DNA from: Diplonema japonicum
Taxonomy: Eukaryota; Protista; Euglenozoa: Diplonemea
Assembly (NCBI GenBank): GCA_964019335.1
Contig: OZ025650.1
Coordinates: 620,001 to 684,000 of the forward strand
DNA: 64,000 bases
Reading direction: 5' to 3'
Shown here one piece after another: positions 34,437 to 47,800 of this stretch. The notes under the pieces are model-generated. The model ran no database searches, was not told the origin of the DNA, and saw only the letters and a list, made by a program, of their open reading frames with translations. How positions within the stretch are numbered: position 1 is the stretch's first letter; each line of letters opens with the position of its first letter. Position numbers and translations under genes: made by a program.

Positions 34437-36056
34437 ATGGCAAGAAAGGGAAGCGCGGACATGGTGATAGAAGGGGAGAGAGCGAAAGTGGAGCCCGAGA
34501 TGGAACGCGAGTATAAAGAAAACCTCGGCGGGAAGGAACACGACAACTGGGACATGTTCGAGCTTCATTGGAACATGATAAGAAATGTTTTCCCGCAGAT
34601 GATGAGGTGTCAGGAGAGGGAAGACGCTGTAACGGACAACTACTGCGACCAACTGGGCCCCCGAGGGTTGGGCCCGCTGGGAAAGGATGGAAGGCCACAA
34701 TCCTGTGTCCCAACATCACACTCTGGTGTCCCCGCTTCAAAAAGCGTAGAGGACTACAAGAAAAATGTCATGCCAAACCATATCCTACCGTTGTGGGACT
34801 ACCTCGTCGACTCAACACGGGAGGCAGTGTCACTACCGAAGGCTGCTGAAAAGGGTTATGTGCCGGCAGGGACAGCAACAAAGCTATGCGAGGACATGCT
34901 ATCGAACACTCAATGCGATAGTAATTTCAACGAGAAACAATGCCTGTCCTCACGCTTCCTTGACAAGCCGAGGCTCCTCACTGACAAGGAGCTTGACACT
35001 CCACTCACAGAAGCTGAGTATAACCACTGGAGGAAGTCCGTTGAGGAGCTGAAGAGGTACTCCGAAAACGCACCTGACGACGATGACCTGCCTTCTGACT
35101 TACAGCGTGTAGCAGGTGTCCCCTTCCTCGATCGATCGGCCGACAAGTACGAGGTCCTCACCTGGCAGTGGATGCGCTGCCGTGTGCAGGAGGAGGACGA
35201 AGAAATCGCAAAACACGGTCTCCGTTTGATCCCAAACATCTTCCTTCAAATGGCATGTGCCGTCTGCATCTGGGCCCTCGGTGCTACCGAGATCAAAGGC
35301 GGGAGGGTCGAGGTCGTCATCGCCTCCTTCACCATCGGTATCGTCTGCATTGTATCGGGTGTTGTAGGCATCATCGGTGCCCTGGCTGAGAACGAGCTCT
35401 ACCTCAGAATGTATAGATTTCCCACCCTCTTTTTTCTTCTTTTTTTTTTCCTGCAACATACCAACAGTTTCTGGATCGGTCAAGTCTGGTCCCTTTCCTT
35501 GTTGACCGCCTTCTTATATGTGGAGCTTCATCATGTGCAAGCAAACGACTACGCCTGCAACCCCGGCTCGGACTTGGTATGAAGGGAAACGAATAAAAAA
35601 AAACATTTCATCAGACCGGTGGCGGCACCAGCGGCGACTGCGACGAGGACACGAAAATGATCGTAGCTTCCATCATTCTGTGTTTGGTGGAGGTAACATT
35701 CGGGTGTGTGGTCGAGAGACAGTGGGTTCAAAACAAGGGAGAAAGAAGAAATAAATACACCTCTCAGGTTCATGAGCATCTACATGACAACAGCCTTGCT
35801 TGACTCGATCAACGACAGGACAGCAATACAGGACGGAATCGAAATATTCAAGTACCTTCAGTTCTACTTAAACGAACTACTTAGGAGATGTGGCATCAAG
35901 GATGCTGATGCACAGGCTCCCGACCGTGTGAACACGCTCAGCGGCCCTGTTCGCACACTGAACAAGGAAGGCCTCTGGGGCACAAGGGAAGACATCGATG
36001 AGGCTGAAGTCGATGAAGTCAAGGCCGCCATAGAGCCTGATGGTGACATGGAGTAA
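34437..36056 (+). CDS. Membrane protein with four C-terminal TM helices (tetraspanin-like topology) and a long N-terminal domain; exons 34437-35410, 35468-35576, 35615-35703, 35768-36056; 486 aa
   Basis: Hydrophobic segments LIPNIFL..., VVIASFTIGIVCIVSGVVGIIGA, IFWIGQVWSLSLLTAFLYV, MIVASIILCLVEVTFGF; Cys pair in the TM3-TM4 loop. Three GT-AG introns give 1461 nt in frame. Confidence 0.78.
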
Positions 36057-36435
36057 GAGTGGAGAAGAACATAAATGTGTACATACAAAAAACAAATCCC
36101 GATAGCACCGCAAAAAAAAAAAAATCTTTTTTTTCCTTCCCAATTGTAAATCTCCCCCCCCTCCCCCTCTTTAGATGCAAACCCGTGACGTGGCGAAAGG
36201 GTGCCTCTTTCATTTATTTTCCCACCCCCCTTCCATACACACCCCTTCTTGCAAGGCTTCTTGCCCCTTTTAAATAAAAATCTGGAGGAAAGGGGCTAAC
36301 TTTATTTCTATTTCACATTTACACTTATTTACCCCAATATTTTTTTTCTTCTCTCCATTTCGTTTTCCTTCCCCCCTCCCTCCGTCTTTTGTGGTATGAA
36401 AAAAAGGGGAGGGAAACAGAAGTAGAGTGTAAACA

Positions 36436-38127
36436 ATGAGCCGAGAGTCGGGGTGGGAACTGGGCCACGCGTCAGAAAGGCGGAAAGTTCTTCGAAAAAT
36501 GCTTGCCGAAGAGGGAAGGATGAAACCGAGGGACAGAGAGAAGGCGAGAGAACAACAAGCTAGGGTGATGAACTTGTCAATGCCGAAGATAACAGGCTGC
36601 GTTGAGAGCAGTGGGTCGTATGTTGCCATAAAGCGAATAGAGGGTGACACGGCCTTCGTGACGAGCAGGGGGAAAGACCTGGTATTCCCTCTGAACGATA
36701 TTTTGGTTCATCCGAACAACCCAGGAATAGGGGTTAAAAAAGAATTCATCAAATCAAAGAAAGCTGAAGGCCGCAGGCTGCCCGGGACAGCCACCACAGA
36801 CGTCCTTCTGCAGCCGGATGGGAAGTGGAAGAATCCAAAGTTCCCAATGGGGAGGTTCTGGTTGTACGATTATTATCATCTTACGAAGCAGTCCGTTGAC
36901 AAGGTGTTCGACCGAGCAACAACTGACGTGACACAAACCGCAGCCTACACGCAGATTAAAAAGATCCTGAACCGCATTGTGAAGAAAAGCCAAAAGGAAT
37001 GCCCGTCCCGCTTCGGGGTTATCTTGGATATCATCACAACGAACTCTTTAATCCAAACAGGGATCCCCCACGAGCTTGGCAACGCAGCCTACCGTTACCT
37101 CGACCAAGCTCACTGCGACAAGCCGGGCTTGAAATTCTCGTTCATCGGCATCACCGACAACATAAACTGCAGAGCAGCACGTGATGTCTTCTGCCGTGAG
37201 CACGTCAGGTACGATACAAACGATTCCCAAATACCTGAAGAACCGAAACGGACGTTCGAGGCACTTGATAACCAACATATGTACTGTGTCTTCCCTACAC
37301 CAGCGGACCCTAAGCTTGCTGTTGAGTCGTCGTTGAACAAAGGGGAGTTCGTGATGCCCAAGAGAACCATCCCTCAAGTCCTGTCTAACGAGACGTTGAA
37401 CACTATGCGGTCGCTTTGTTCCAAGTCGCGGGCGGTTGTGGCCAGCAATCCTGACATGGCCAAGAGGTACTTGGAAGAGGCTCGGGGGATATCCCAGAAT
37501 GGCAACAGGTTTTTAAAACGCCCTGCTTCAGCACCTGTCCCTGCTGTGACAGTCCAAGCTGGTGAAATAGAGCGACCACAGACAGCAGCCGGTGGCGAGA
37601 TTACTGAACTCGCAAAAATGATGTTGCAAAACCCAGCAGGTGCCTTCACAGATGGCGGTGCTTTGTCTACAAGAGCTGGAGGCCGCGATCCTGTGTCCTT
37701 GGTAAAAATGCTAAGGGCGGCAAAGGATTACAACCTGGCCCATTCTCGGACGGTAGCCAAGGCCCACCCGCAGAAAATAACGCGCATCGCGCAAATAGAA
37801 TCCGGGCAGCAGTTGCAAACCCTCCTCACAAAGACTACCGTAAACCCCCGTTTCATCCTGACTGTTCTCTTTGGAGCTGTTTGGTGTAAACCCTACCATG
37901 CCTTCCTCGGTAAACTCTGCTCCATCTTCCCCGACTACCCGACTGTCACGTTTGCACGCGTCGATGTGACTCGTTTGACAGAAGAGGCCATCGCTTGTTT
38001 TGTGGAGATGGTCCCCACCCTGCAGATCTACCACCATGGGAAGCTGCTCTACAACTCTTGCGACCCTGTGATACAGGATATCCGGGAGTGCTTGGACGCG
38101 ATACAGGAAAAGATTCCCGATAGCTGA
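36436..38127 (+). CDS. Hypothetical protein with C-terminal thioredoxin-like domain (WCKPY)
   Basis: VLFGAVWCKPY, VTFARVDV, VEMVPTLQIYHHGK. Confidence 0.8.
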   Translation: MSRESGWELGHASERRKVLRKMLAEEGRMKPRDREKAREQQARVMNLSMPKITGCVESSGSYVAIKRIEGDTAFVTSRGKDLVFPLNDILVHPNNPGIGVKKEFIKSKKAEGRRLPGTATTDVLLQPDGKWKNPKFPMGRFWLYDYYHLTKQSVDKVFDRATTDVTQTAAYTQIKKILNRIVKKSQKECPSRFGVILDIITTNSLIQTGIPHELGNAAYRYLDQAHCDKPGLKFSFIGITDNINCRAARDVFCREHVRYDTNDSQIPEEPKRTFEALDNQHMYCVFPTPADPKLAVESSLNKGEFVMPKRTIPQVLSNETLNTMRSLCSKSRAVVASNPDMAKRYLEEARGISQNGNRFLKRPASAPVPAVTVQAGEIERPQTAAGGEITELAKMMLQNPAGAFTDGGALSTRAGGRDPVSLVKMLRAAKDYNLAHSRTVAKAHPQKITRIAQIESGQQLQTLLTKTTVNPRFILTVLFGAVWCKPYHAFLGKLCSIFPDYPTVTFARVDVTRLTEEAIACFVEMVPTLQIYHHGKLLYNSCDPVIQDIRECLDAIQEKIPDS

Positions 38128-38326
38128 GGGGGAAAAACACAGTACAATTTAACAAACTGAATAGAATATAACAAAAAAAAAAAACACACAGAAACCTTAC
38201 GGTTTTTTTTTTTTTTTTTTATATCTGTTCTTTGGTTTTTCCTTCTTCCCCAAGTGTTGTGTACAAGTTAGCATATATTACATTAAATAGGAACGGTGAG
38301 GCATAAAGAAAAAAAAAAAGAAAAAA

Positions 38327-38575
38327 ATGCCAGCGGTGAAGCTTACAGCCACTCAGCGAGCCTCGAAGTTGAAATTGTGCAACAAAGGTTGTGACGCGGA
38401 ATCGGACCCCGCCCTCTCTTCGGCATGTATGAAGAAATGTTTCGCTGACTTTGGAGGGAATACCTTCGGTACATCTGCATTCCCAAAGGTGAGTGTGAAG
38501 GAGTTCTGGCCTCCATATATCAACCACAACCCTGGTGGTTACGAAACTACAACGGCAGGCGACGTCATCGTGTGA
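38327..38575 (+). CDS. 82-aa small protein with twin Cx3C motif
   Basis: CNKGC-x11-CMKKC; complex-sequence ORF flanked by homopolymer DNA, in cluster orientation. Confidence 0.7.
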   Translation: MPAVKLTATQRASKLKLCNKGCDAESDPALSSACMKKCFADFGGNTFGTSAFPKVSVKEFWPPYINHNPGGYETTTAGDVIV

Positions 38576-38861
38576 AGAAAAAATAATTTTTCCGTCTCCC
38601 TCCTTTTTTCTTCTCCTTTACACCTTTTCTCTTCTGTCTTCTTTTTTTTTTTTTTTTTTTTCCTTTTCAATATCCAGTTACCTGATAGAAAAAGGGGAAG
38701 AAGGAAAAAAAAAAAAAAAAAAAAAAACCGAGTAACAATAAAAAATTTCATTTTTTTTGCATGCTCCCATTTCCACACTTGAAGAAACCTCTATCCACAG
38801 TAAAAGACAAGCATAACAAAAAGTAGGGGGGGGAAAAACTGTCGAAGGAGAAAATATAGAG

Positions 38862-41800
38862 ATGAACGGCACGAGGTGCCTGCTGGTGGTGTTGCAGCTG
38901 TTGTTATTGAGTATTAATCCCGCGGAGGGGAAATGGGCATATTTCTTTGTAGACGTGACGTACACTGCACCGGGTGGGGTGGGGACCTTCACGTACAACT
39001 TAGGAGCCCTGCTGAATGCTACCCTCTACGATGATGGTTCGGGTGGGATGACGCAGGAACCGGATGTGATCTTCACAGTGCTGAGCACCAACGGGTGTGA
39101 CGGTGCCGAGGTGCAGCGACTCAGCAAGATCAACTCCCTTGCATACAAGTTATCCATCAACAATGGGTTCCAGGTCGACAGCAGGTACAAACTCTGCTAC
39201 ATTGACCAGGCTAGCTCCAACAACGTTGAGCTGGCCTCCGAGCTTCTCGTCATCGCCCCCTCGCCACCCTCCTTCACTGCGGCAGACTGGCGCGAGGGCT
39301 TCTCCTCTGCGGAGGTCACCTTCCCTGTCACAAACGACGGTGCTAGGGTCAAACTCATTTCATGCACCACCAATTGCAACACACCATTCCTAACACCCGA
39401 GCAGTGCTCTGCGGACACACCTCAAGTGGTGTCATCGTGGTCTGCACCCACCGTAGGTGCCACCAGCGTCTCTTTCACAGCATCTCTCCCTCTCTCCACC
39501 GTAGGTACTTACCGTGTCTGTTGGAACTCCAACGGGTACTGGCATGAGGTCCCCGGTGTTCTCAGCATCCTCGCTGCCAATCCTACCACCTTCTCTGCAG
39601 GCGGGCTTGCATCCATCCCCCGGCGGGACGGGGTGTCCCTTTCTATCGAAGGTGACTTCTCTACCTCCGATATCACGGCAGTCACTCTTGTGAAGAGTGC
39701 AGATTGCACCGACCAGATCACCTTCGAGACTGTCACCGCTATTGCTTCCACCTCTGCCACTTCCCGAAGCATTTCAGTCCGGGTCCTCGACAGCCCTGCG
39801 TCTGTTGCTCTGTGCGTGACACTCACCAATCCAACAAGCAGTGCCATTGTTGTCACCCGGGTGCCCCTTGACGGCACTGCTGCGATGCTAACCATCGACG
39901 CTGCTAATCCCATCAGTTACGTCACCAACCCCGCGGTACCGAGGGGGGGTCAGGTCCTGACATACACCTTCACGGGCACAGGTCTCACAACCGCCGACGA
40001 GGTGTGGTTTGAGCTTGCAGCAGGCGTCTGCGACAAGAACAACCGCATTTCCGCTGCGGACATTGATGTCGTGGGCGCACTGACGGCAGGTGCAGGAAAC
40101 ACGGTGTCGTTAGAGGCTCGTTTTGTGAACAATGGGAAAAGCCATGATGTGACGGTGTGCTACGGTAAGGCGGGGGGCAATGTGGCAAAAGTAGAGGCTG
40201 TGGGGACGTCAGGAACTGTGCAGCCTGCAGTGCCTTCGAAATATGCCACAGCACCACTGGTGCCCATCGCAAGGAGTGGTGTTGACGTGACATTTAGCAA
40301 CTTGATAGATGTCACTCCACTGGACCTGCAGGCTGGCGATACTGTTATGTTTGTGCAGGAAACAGAAAAGTGCGCCACTGGTGCTGCCCTGGCGGATGCA
40401 ACACAAACTGTAACAGCTGCCACCGAAGTTCGCGTCGTGTTCAGGAGCACAGGATCGTTTCGCGTGTGCTACAAACTGGCATCTGGTACATGGAGCACTG
40501 TGACTACCTCTGCAGAGCCTACCTCTGACCTCATATTTGTGTACCCTGAGCTGCCTGTTTCTTTCAACACTTCTGTCGACACTTTGGTGGGCAGTATGAC
40601 ATTCAGGATGCACTTCAGCGAGCCTCGGACGCCTATCGCAGGTGCTCCAACACTCTCTGCAGCTGATCTTTTCAAAATCGTGCGGTGGAGCACCGACACA
40701 AATACTGTGTGCGCCACGACCAACGACGCAGACATCTTCGCATCAGGCCAAGTGGTGAAACTCATCACTGGAGGGGCTGAGACAACAATGCGTCTGAACG
40801 AAGGCACTTACGCAGCTTGCTACCAGGTGTCTGGGTACGACTACGTCGCAATGGAAAGGGACACAGGGGGCTACCAGATCACCGTCGGGCCGCAGCTGGT
40901 GCAGCTGCAGACCCTTCTCCCCAGCACGGTGTACGGCAGACAGACCTTCCTAGTTGAGCTGGCGCCGAAGGACGATGAGGATGCATTGTTCTTATATGGA
41001 ACAGGCCCTACTTCTCAGTGGTGCACTGATTCTTCCAGCGCTACGTGCAGATGCCCGGACCCCGTAGAACGGCCTTCGGTGGCAGCTGTACCTGATGCTT
41101 GCTGCAATCAGAGGTGGAGAGTCGATGGTCGCCAGCAGGGGTCATATGTTTTGTGCTTAAATGAGACAATGATGATGGGCATCATCCCTGTGTTGTCGCC
41201 TATACCTCAGTTTGCGACACCATCTGTTAACAACGCAAGGCAGGGTCAGCCTTTCCGGCTGGTTTTCTCGAACAGCACTGAGCTTAGTACTGGGAGTCGT
41301 GTGACTTTGTTAGTTGGAGTTTGCGTTTGCTCAGCGTACGCAGCAAGTCCTTGCACAATACAAGGAGAGTATCCTGCTGAGGTGTCAGGTGCGGATGTCG
41401 TGCTAACAGTGGCCCAGGGGTTGCCCACAGGACTGTTCACAGTGTGTTTTGTGAACGGGGGAGATGTGAATGACCAGAGACACGTCGCAGTTTTAGATGC
41501 GATGAATGCCGAGCAGCTGCAGATGACCATCAATGAAGCGGATCCTACAAGGGCAGCCTTTCCTATCGGGGGTGTGCTCCGTGCAATGGAGAGGACGACG
41601 ATCTCTATCACTATGACCACCTTCTCGATGGCCGACACGTTGTGGATCGTGACTGAAGGTGCTGCGTGCTCAGATGCGACTGTGCACGCCACCTACCATG
41701 GGTGGGAAAGCGACAAGATCGCTATTGTCACATTCCTGGCTTCCGGAAGGTTCGACCTATGCTACAAGCACGAGGCAGAAAATTTCTTCACCAAGATCCC

Positions 41801-44800
41801 AGACCCCGTCGTCGTTGTGGTCCAACCGACCTTCCCTGCCTTCATCAGAACCTTACCCGAAGCGAGCCTGAACCCCTCCGTGGGACAGACGCTAGATGTT
41901 TTCGTGAACTGCTCAGACGCGACTGATTCATGCGACGCGAACGACCAGGTCATGATTGTGCCTTCGGGTGTGGATTGCAGCACGCCGAACATCATGTGGA
42001 CAGAAACGCCCCCTCTGGGTACAGGCAGCATTCTGCAGCCTGAGGGACAATACTTTGTGGGTAACGATATCAGCATCACGGGTGATGTGGCAACCTTCGT
42101 CATTCGTGAGCTAACAGCAACGGGCAAGTTCACAATATGCTACAAGGCAAAAAATAGAGGTAGTGTGTACTTTGCACAAGTAGGCGAAGTTACGGTGTAC
42201 CCAAGGAACCCTGCAAGCTTTGTAGTAAACCCCCCTGCACCGACTGCACGGGAATTGGATGTACAGTTTACCTTCACCGGTGAGGGGCTGAAGGCGGAGG
42301 ACCAAGTGCTGCTCGCGGGGGGCGACGTGCCTTGCTACGCTTTTGATAACCAAGTGCAGCAGGTGACGCTTCAGGTGTCGGACACCACAACCTCAAAATG
42401 GCATCTGGAAGTCCCGCTCACCGACCCGTCGCTAAACCCTGTCCCCGATAGTTTTGTGTCTACAGAGGCGTCACTTAAGCGGGTGTGCTACAAAAGGAAC
42501 GGCACCCGGTGGAGCAGTGCAGGGGAGTTCACCGTCGGAGCGACGAACCCGTCGTTTTTTGAGATCACGCCTCCCAGGTATGGGATACCGCCAAACATGT
42601 GCCAGGGGCAGCAGAATTGCCCTCATGCCACTGTGTCACAATACACAACGGTGAGGTTTGTCTTCAGCTCGACAAGTCAGCCTCTTGCGGCTTCCGATGT
42701 CATCAAGGTAATCCCATACGTGACGGGCGTGGAGAACCAGTGTTTAGAAGCCACGCAACAAGCACCTGCTGATGATATCCACTACCCAGTGGGAAGAGAG
42801 GTCCCTGCCATGTGCGAAAGGGACTGTACATCGCGACAGCCTGTGACTTTTAACAAGCAAGGAAACTATGATGTGTGCTACAAATTAGCAGGGAGGACAT
42901 TTTCATGGATGGGTCGGGTAACAGTGACTACGCCATATGCAGAGGGCTTCACAACGCCCGATGTCGGGGCAGGGCACCAATGGAGTGCTGGTGAGGACAT
43001 TGTTGTGGTCGTGATGCGTATGGGGATGGCGTATGATACAAGCAGCGACGGTCTATTCGTCGTTGACGTGGGACAGCCATGTATTCTCACACCGCCTCCT
43101 ACTAACCCGCTCAGAAGGGCGGGCCTCCCTCTGTCCCTCATCCAACAGAGTTCAGACAGCCTCTTCCAAAGCGTCGAAGGCAGCTTCGACCTCTGCCTTT
43201 CACGTACCGTTAATTCTCTCGGTGGCGACGCAGTCGTCATTGAGTCCCTTGTCCAAGGGGGGCTTGTTGTAGGGCCATCGTCTCCCCTGTTCTTTGCTAC
43301 CCAGCCGTATTTGATAGCCCCCGGTACAAACATCGCCACCGTGCTCCTCACGCCCCCAAGTGTTGCTGGGTTGGAGCTGAGCGACGCCAACGATGAGATG
43401 GTGATCGTGAACGGTCCAGACTGCAACAACAGCAACCCTGTTGGCACGACCATGACACTGCAGAACAATGGGGGTGTTTTTACTTCATGGGGCAGCAAAG
43501 CTGCTGGGACGTATACAATATGCTACAAGAGGGGCGACGGTGCGTGGTCGATTGTACCAAGGAAAATCGAACCGTACATGTTGGTTGGATTCAGCGGTCC
43601 TCGATCCACTGGACTGGTTGCAGAAGCAGTTGCTGTAGCAGGCGGGTTGACGCAGACACACACGAATCTCACACTGGGAAGCTTTTTGGACCTGACCAAC
43701 CCGACCATTACTACCACGACCCACCTTCCCCCAAGCACTGACGTAACGCTCACTTTGTGGGCGTATGTGGATGCAGTTGATGTGTTCACTTTTGTGGACC
43801 TGGGCGGGTCCATGGTCTTCACGTCAACAGACACGGGTACGCTAGCCTTTGAGATGGGCGGCAACACATTTGACACGACTGTAACCTATCCCATAGGGGA
43901 ATGGGGCTTCATACAGTACATTTATTCTGTAGCGGACAAAACTCTCACTGTAAGAGTCAATAACGAGGACTTCTCTGCACCTATATCTGTTCCCGCCATT
44001 GCTTTCACATCACAGATTCAGGTTCAGCTCTTTGAAGGGTTCACGGGAAAAGCAGACGACGTGAGGCTGTATGCTGCCAGGCTCAGCGAGCTGCAGCTTG
44101 ACGCCGTGCTTGCGATAGGCAGCAGCGGCCTCGGCCCTGCAGCCAGTGGGTCGCAGTCGCTGACCGTTGTCACCATCCCCACCCAGTACAATACTGAGAA
44201 GGAAGTGCGCACGAACGGTCCAGTGGTGTTCCAGTTCGCAAATAACAACCCAAACGCTGTACTGTTGACTTCAGGTGACAAGACAACACTGACACAAGCG
44301 GAATGCTCTACAGTTCAGGCTGCTGATGGTGACATTGTGACCCCAGCTGCTACGGGGCTGACTAGCACTTACAACCTCGCAGTAGCACCGACCCCCGGAG
44401 TCTGGAATTTGTGTTACAAGCCCTTGCTTGGTGAATGGGCAGCCCTGCTGCCTGTGACCGTCTTACCTGCCTCGCCTGCTTCGGTAAGCGTTGCAAGTGA
44501 ATTCTTTGCTGGGCAGCAGGTGCCGATGACGTTCAACGAAGTGCAATGCAGTGGTGGAGCCCCTTGCCCCGAGGAGGACGCACCGTTGTCGAGCGCTGAT
44601 GAAGTCATGTTGTCAACCAGCTCTGACTGCACATCCCCTGTTGTGCAGAACGTGACTATCGTAATGCTGCGTGCTCCTCGTGTTACTAGTACCAGTGTAT
44701 TCTACATCTGTTACAAGAGAACCTCACCTCCCACACATCCCCTTACTGATCTATGGGTCAACGTTGCGTCTAGCTCTATTACCGTCCATGCCCAAGAGCC

Positions 44801-47800
44801 CACGTTCACCCTCTCTCCTGCCTCTGTGGCTTCCATGGTCGAGGGACAGGAAATAACCTTTGCTACCCCATCTGGCATGTTCACGGGAGACAGGATGCAG
44901 CTCCTTGTGGCGCCAACCAACGACCTCTACTACGAGGACCCGTGTATGGCAATCACGCCGCCTGCTGCTCAGGTTGGCACAGTCGTCATGGGTTCGGTCT
45001 TTTCCTTGCCTGGAAGAGCAGAAGGTGCCTATAGGGTCTGTTATTTACGTGGCACTGGTGGTGCTAGTGTATGGGGCAGCTTGGATACTCTAGCTGTAGT
45101 GACTGCAGCAAACCCGTCAACATACACATACACCCCCAACCCCGCGTACGAGGGGCAGACACTTGACATAAGATTTACGTTTACAGCACCTTTAGAAGGT
45201 GTTATCGGTATCGTGCCTGAAGGCACGGGGTGCGATGGAGTGATGAGCACTGATCGTGCAGACACACCGCTGGTTTACAATGCGGCCGCCCAAGGGCGGT
45301 ACACCGTGTGCTGGAACAATGGCGTCTACCGAGCATTCGACGTTTTCACTGTTAACCCACCAAACCCGAGGCAGTGGGAGGTCAGCCCACAATTTCCTGA
45401 TGAAGGACAAGATATTTCTATCACCTTCACAGGCGAAAATTTGGCGGGTGGGGAGGCAAAGATCACTTCTGGATCATGCTCAGGAGCAGGAAATGTATCT
45501 GTGGATCTTCAGGTTAGCAGCACATTCGCTGTTGCAACGTGGAGGGGCGCTGATATTTATGAGGGAACCTTTAAGGTGTGCTACAAGTTAGCTGGGTCGG
45601 TTTATACACAGCCCCCTGGCCCGGATCTCATCATCGGTAAAAACCCTTGGAAATGGACAATGACAAGCGGGGACGCTAGGAGATACTCTGGCTTGGTGAC
45701 ACTGGAGTTTGTGGGTGCTGGCTTGCAGAATACCGACGAGGTGTACCTGGCCCCCTCCACAGCACCGTGCTCTGATATCAACGGCCTCACGGTTACTGGT
45801 GTAATGTCAGAGCTGGTGACAGCGACTCTGTGTCCTGTTCTCGCAGATGGATCGTACAAGATTTGCTACAAGAGAGGGACCGCATACATTGAAGTGCCAC
45901 CTTTCTTCGTTGTCACTGCCCCACCTAGCATCACGGCACCCACAACTCTTGCTCCGCGTGTTTCGGAGATCATCGAAATCACCGTGCAATCTATCAACCC
46001 CAACCCTGTTCTCACCGTTGAGTCTTCTGATTCTCTGGGGACCTGTGTTTTCACTGCTGGTGCTTTGGGATGGTACGAGGTGGTTAGCAGCGATGTCACA
46101 ACAGCAACTATCAGGCTTGCCTTTGCAAGCGAAGGCTCCTTTCACATGCTTGTCGACGGTGCCGCAGGAGTGACGGGCGCTGACCTTGTTGTGTTCAACG
46201 TGGCAGAAGTGGTTCCTTCCGTGTACTCACCTACTCAAGTGGAGAGTGGTGCTGAGGTGCGATTCACCTTCATGGACGCACCTACTGAAACCGCGCAACT
46301 GATGGTGTCTCGTTCCAACCGCTGTGACGCACCATGCATCCCTCCGCAGTGTTATGGGGCAGAACTAAACAGCGACGGGGCCTTCCCTTCAACGTCTGCG
46401 ATTCAAGTTGCGTTGCCTGCCTTGAACGTTACTTTATGCTACAGGAGAAGTGGAGGTGGGTGGATCCCTATGCCCACACCCTTTGAGGTCATAGACTCAT
46501 CTATCGCCTCAGTTGTCTCTTGTCCCGGGTCGGGCGTCATTAGTTTCGGCCAGGTACTCAGCTTCACCATCGATGGCAGCAACCTAATGGGCGGTGACGA
46601 ACTAGCGCTTGTAAGTGGCACATCCTGTGCCAATGCTAACAGGTTCTCGGTCCTCATTTCAGATCCCACGGCCACAACTCAAAATCTGCCGTTGACAGGG
46701 AACACGCCGTCGGAGGACACCCAGTACTATCTGTGCTACACATCAGACAGTATGGCTCACAACCTGTCCGCGGTGTTGGGGGCGTCTGGAAGAGTACTCG
46801 TTGTGCAAGCAACGACAACAATTTCTATGAGACCAAACCCTGTGCGCCAGGGGCAGCTTAACACACGTGTTGTTTTCAGCAAGGATGTTGTCGAGGTTGC
46901 TGTGTTCCAAGGCACGGACGCTAAACGCTGTGACGAGACATGTGCTACGAGAACATCAGCAGCGCTAGGCGTAAGGACTAACTCGGATCTTGGGGCATCT
47001 TTGGCTAGCAACACGCTTGACCTCAGCAGCACGAACGTGCCCCTTACGGCAACTGGCGATTTCGTTGTCTGTTACCAAGCTTCGAACTTCGGAACACTTT
47101 CTTATGGGGGTTCCTTCCGCGTCGGTGATCGCGATCCTTCTAGCTACGCAGCCCTCCCAGCTGTCCTCCATGCAGGCGAAACTGCTACCATTACCTTTTC
47201 AGCGTCCACCGTCTCTGCTAACAATGGTGCGGCACTTATTGAATCAACAGGGCAATGCAGCGACACCTCAGGACACTTGGCATTTGCCAATAAGAACAAC
47301 GCAGCCACATTTACTTTCGTCTTACCGCCTTCTGAGACTGTGAAACAGTACAGAGTGTGCTACCTGGACGAGAGGGGATGGGTTGAGGTGACCGACCCTG
47401 GGCTGCTAGTGGTAAAGCGATCAGAGCCATTCACTGTGAGCATCACGCCTCTCGAGTTGCTGCACGGGAGGAGAGTCTCTTTAAGTGTAACTGGCGATGA
47501 CGTCGGCACAGACGACACTATGGTTGTCATCGTCGCGGGTAGTAGCTGCGACACCCCTACGAAGGCGTGTACAGACTGCACTGTGACATCGACGTCAGGA
47601 TCGCCGGTCCTTCAGAATCTTCCGTTAGCCGAAGGAGATTACAACCTGTGCTACAAGCTAAGCCAAGGCGTATTCTTTAAGGTAGTCACCTTTACTATGG
47701 GGAATCCCTCTGAACTAGTGTTCACTGTATCTCCTGCCAACCCAGCGACATACAGTGTGTTCCCTGAGACGCTTGAAGGTGGTCAGGAAACTCAGCTAAC

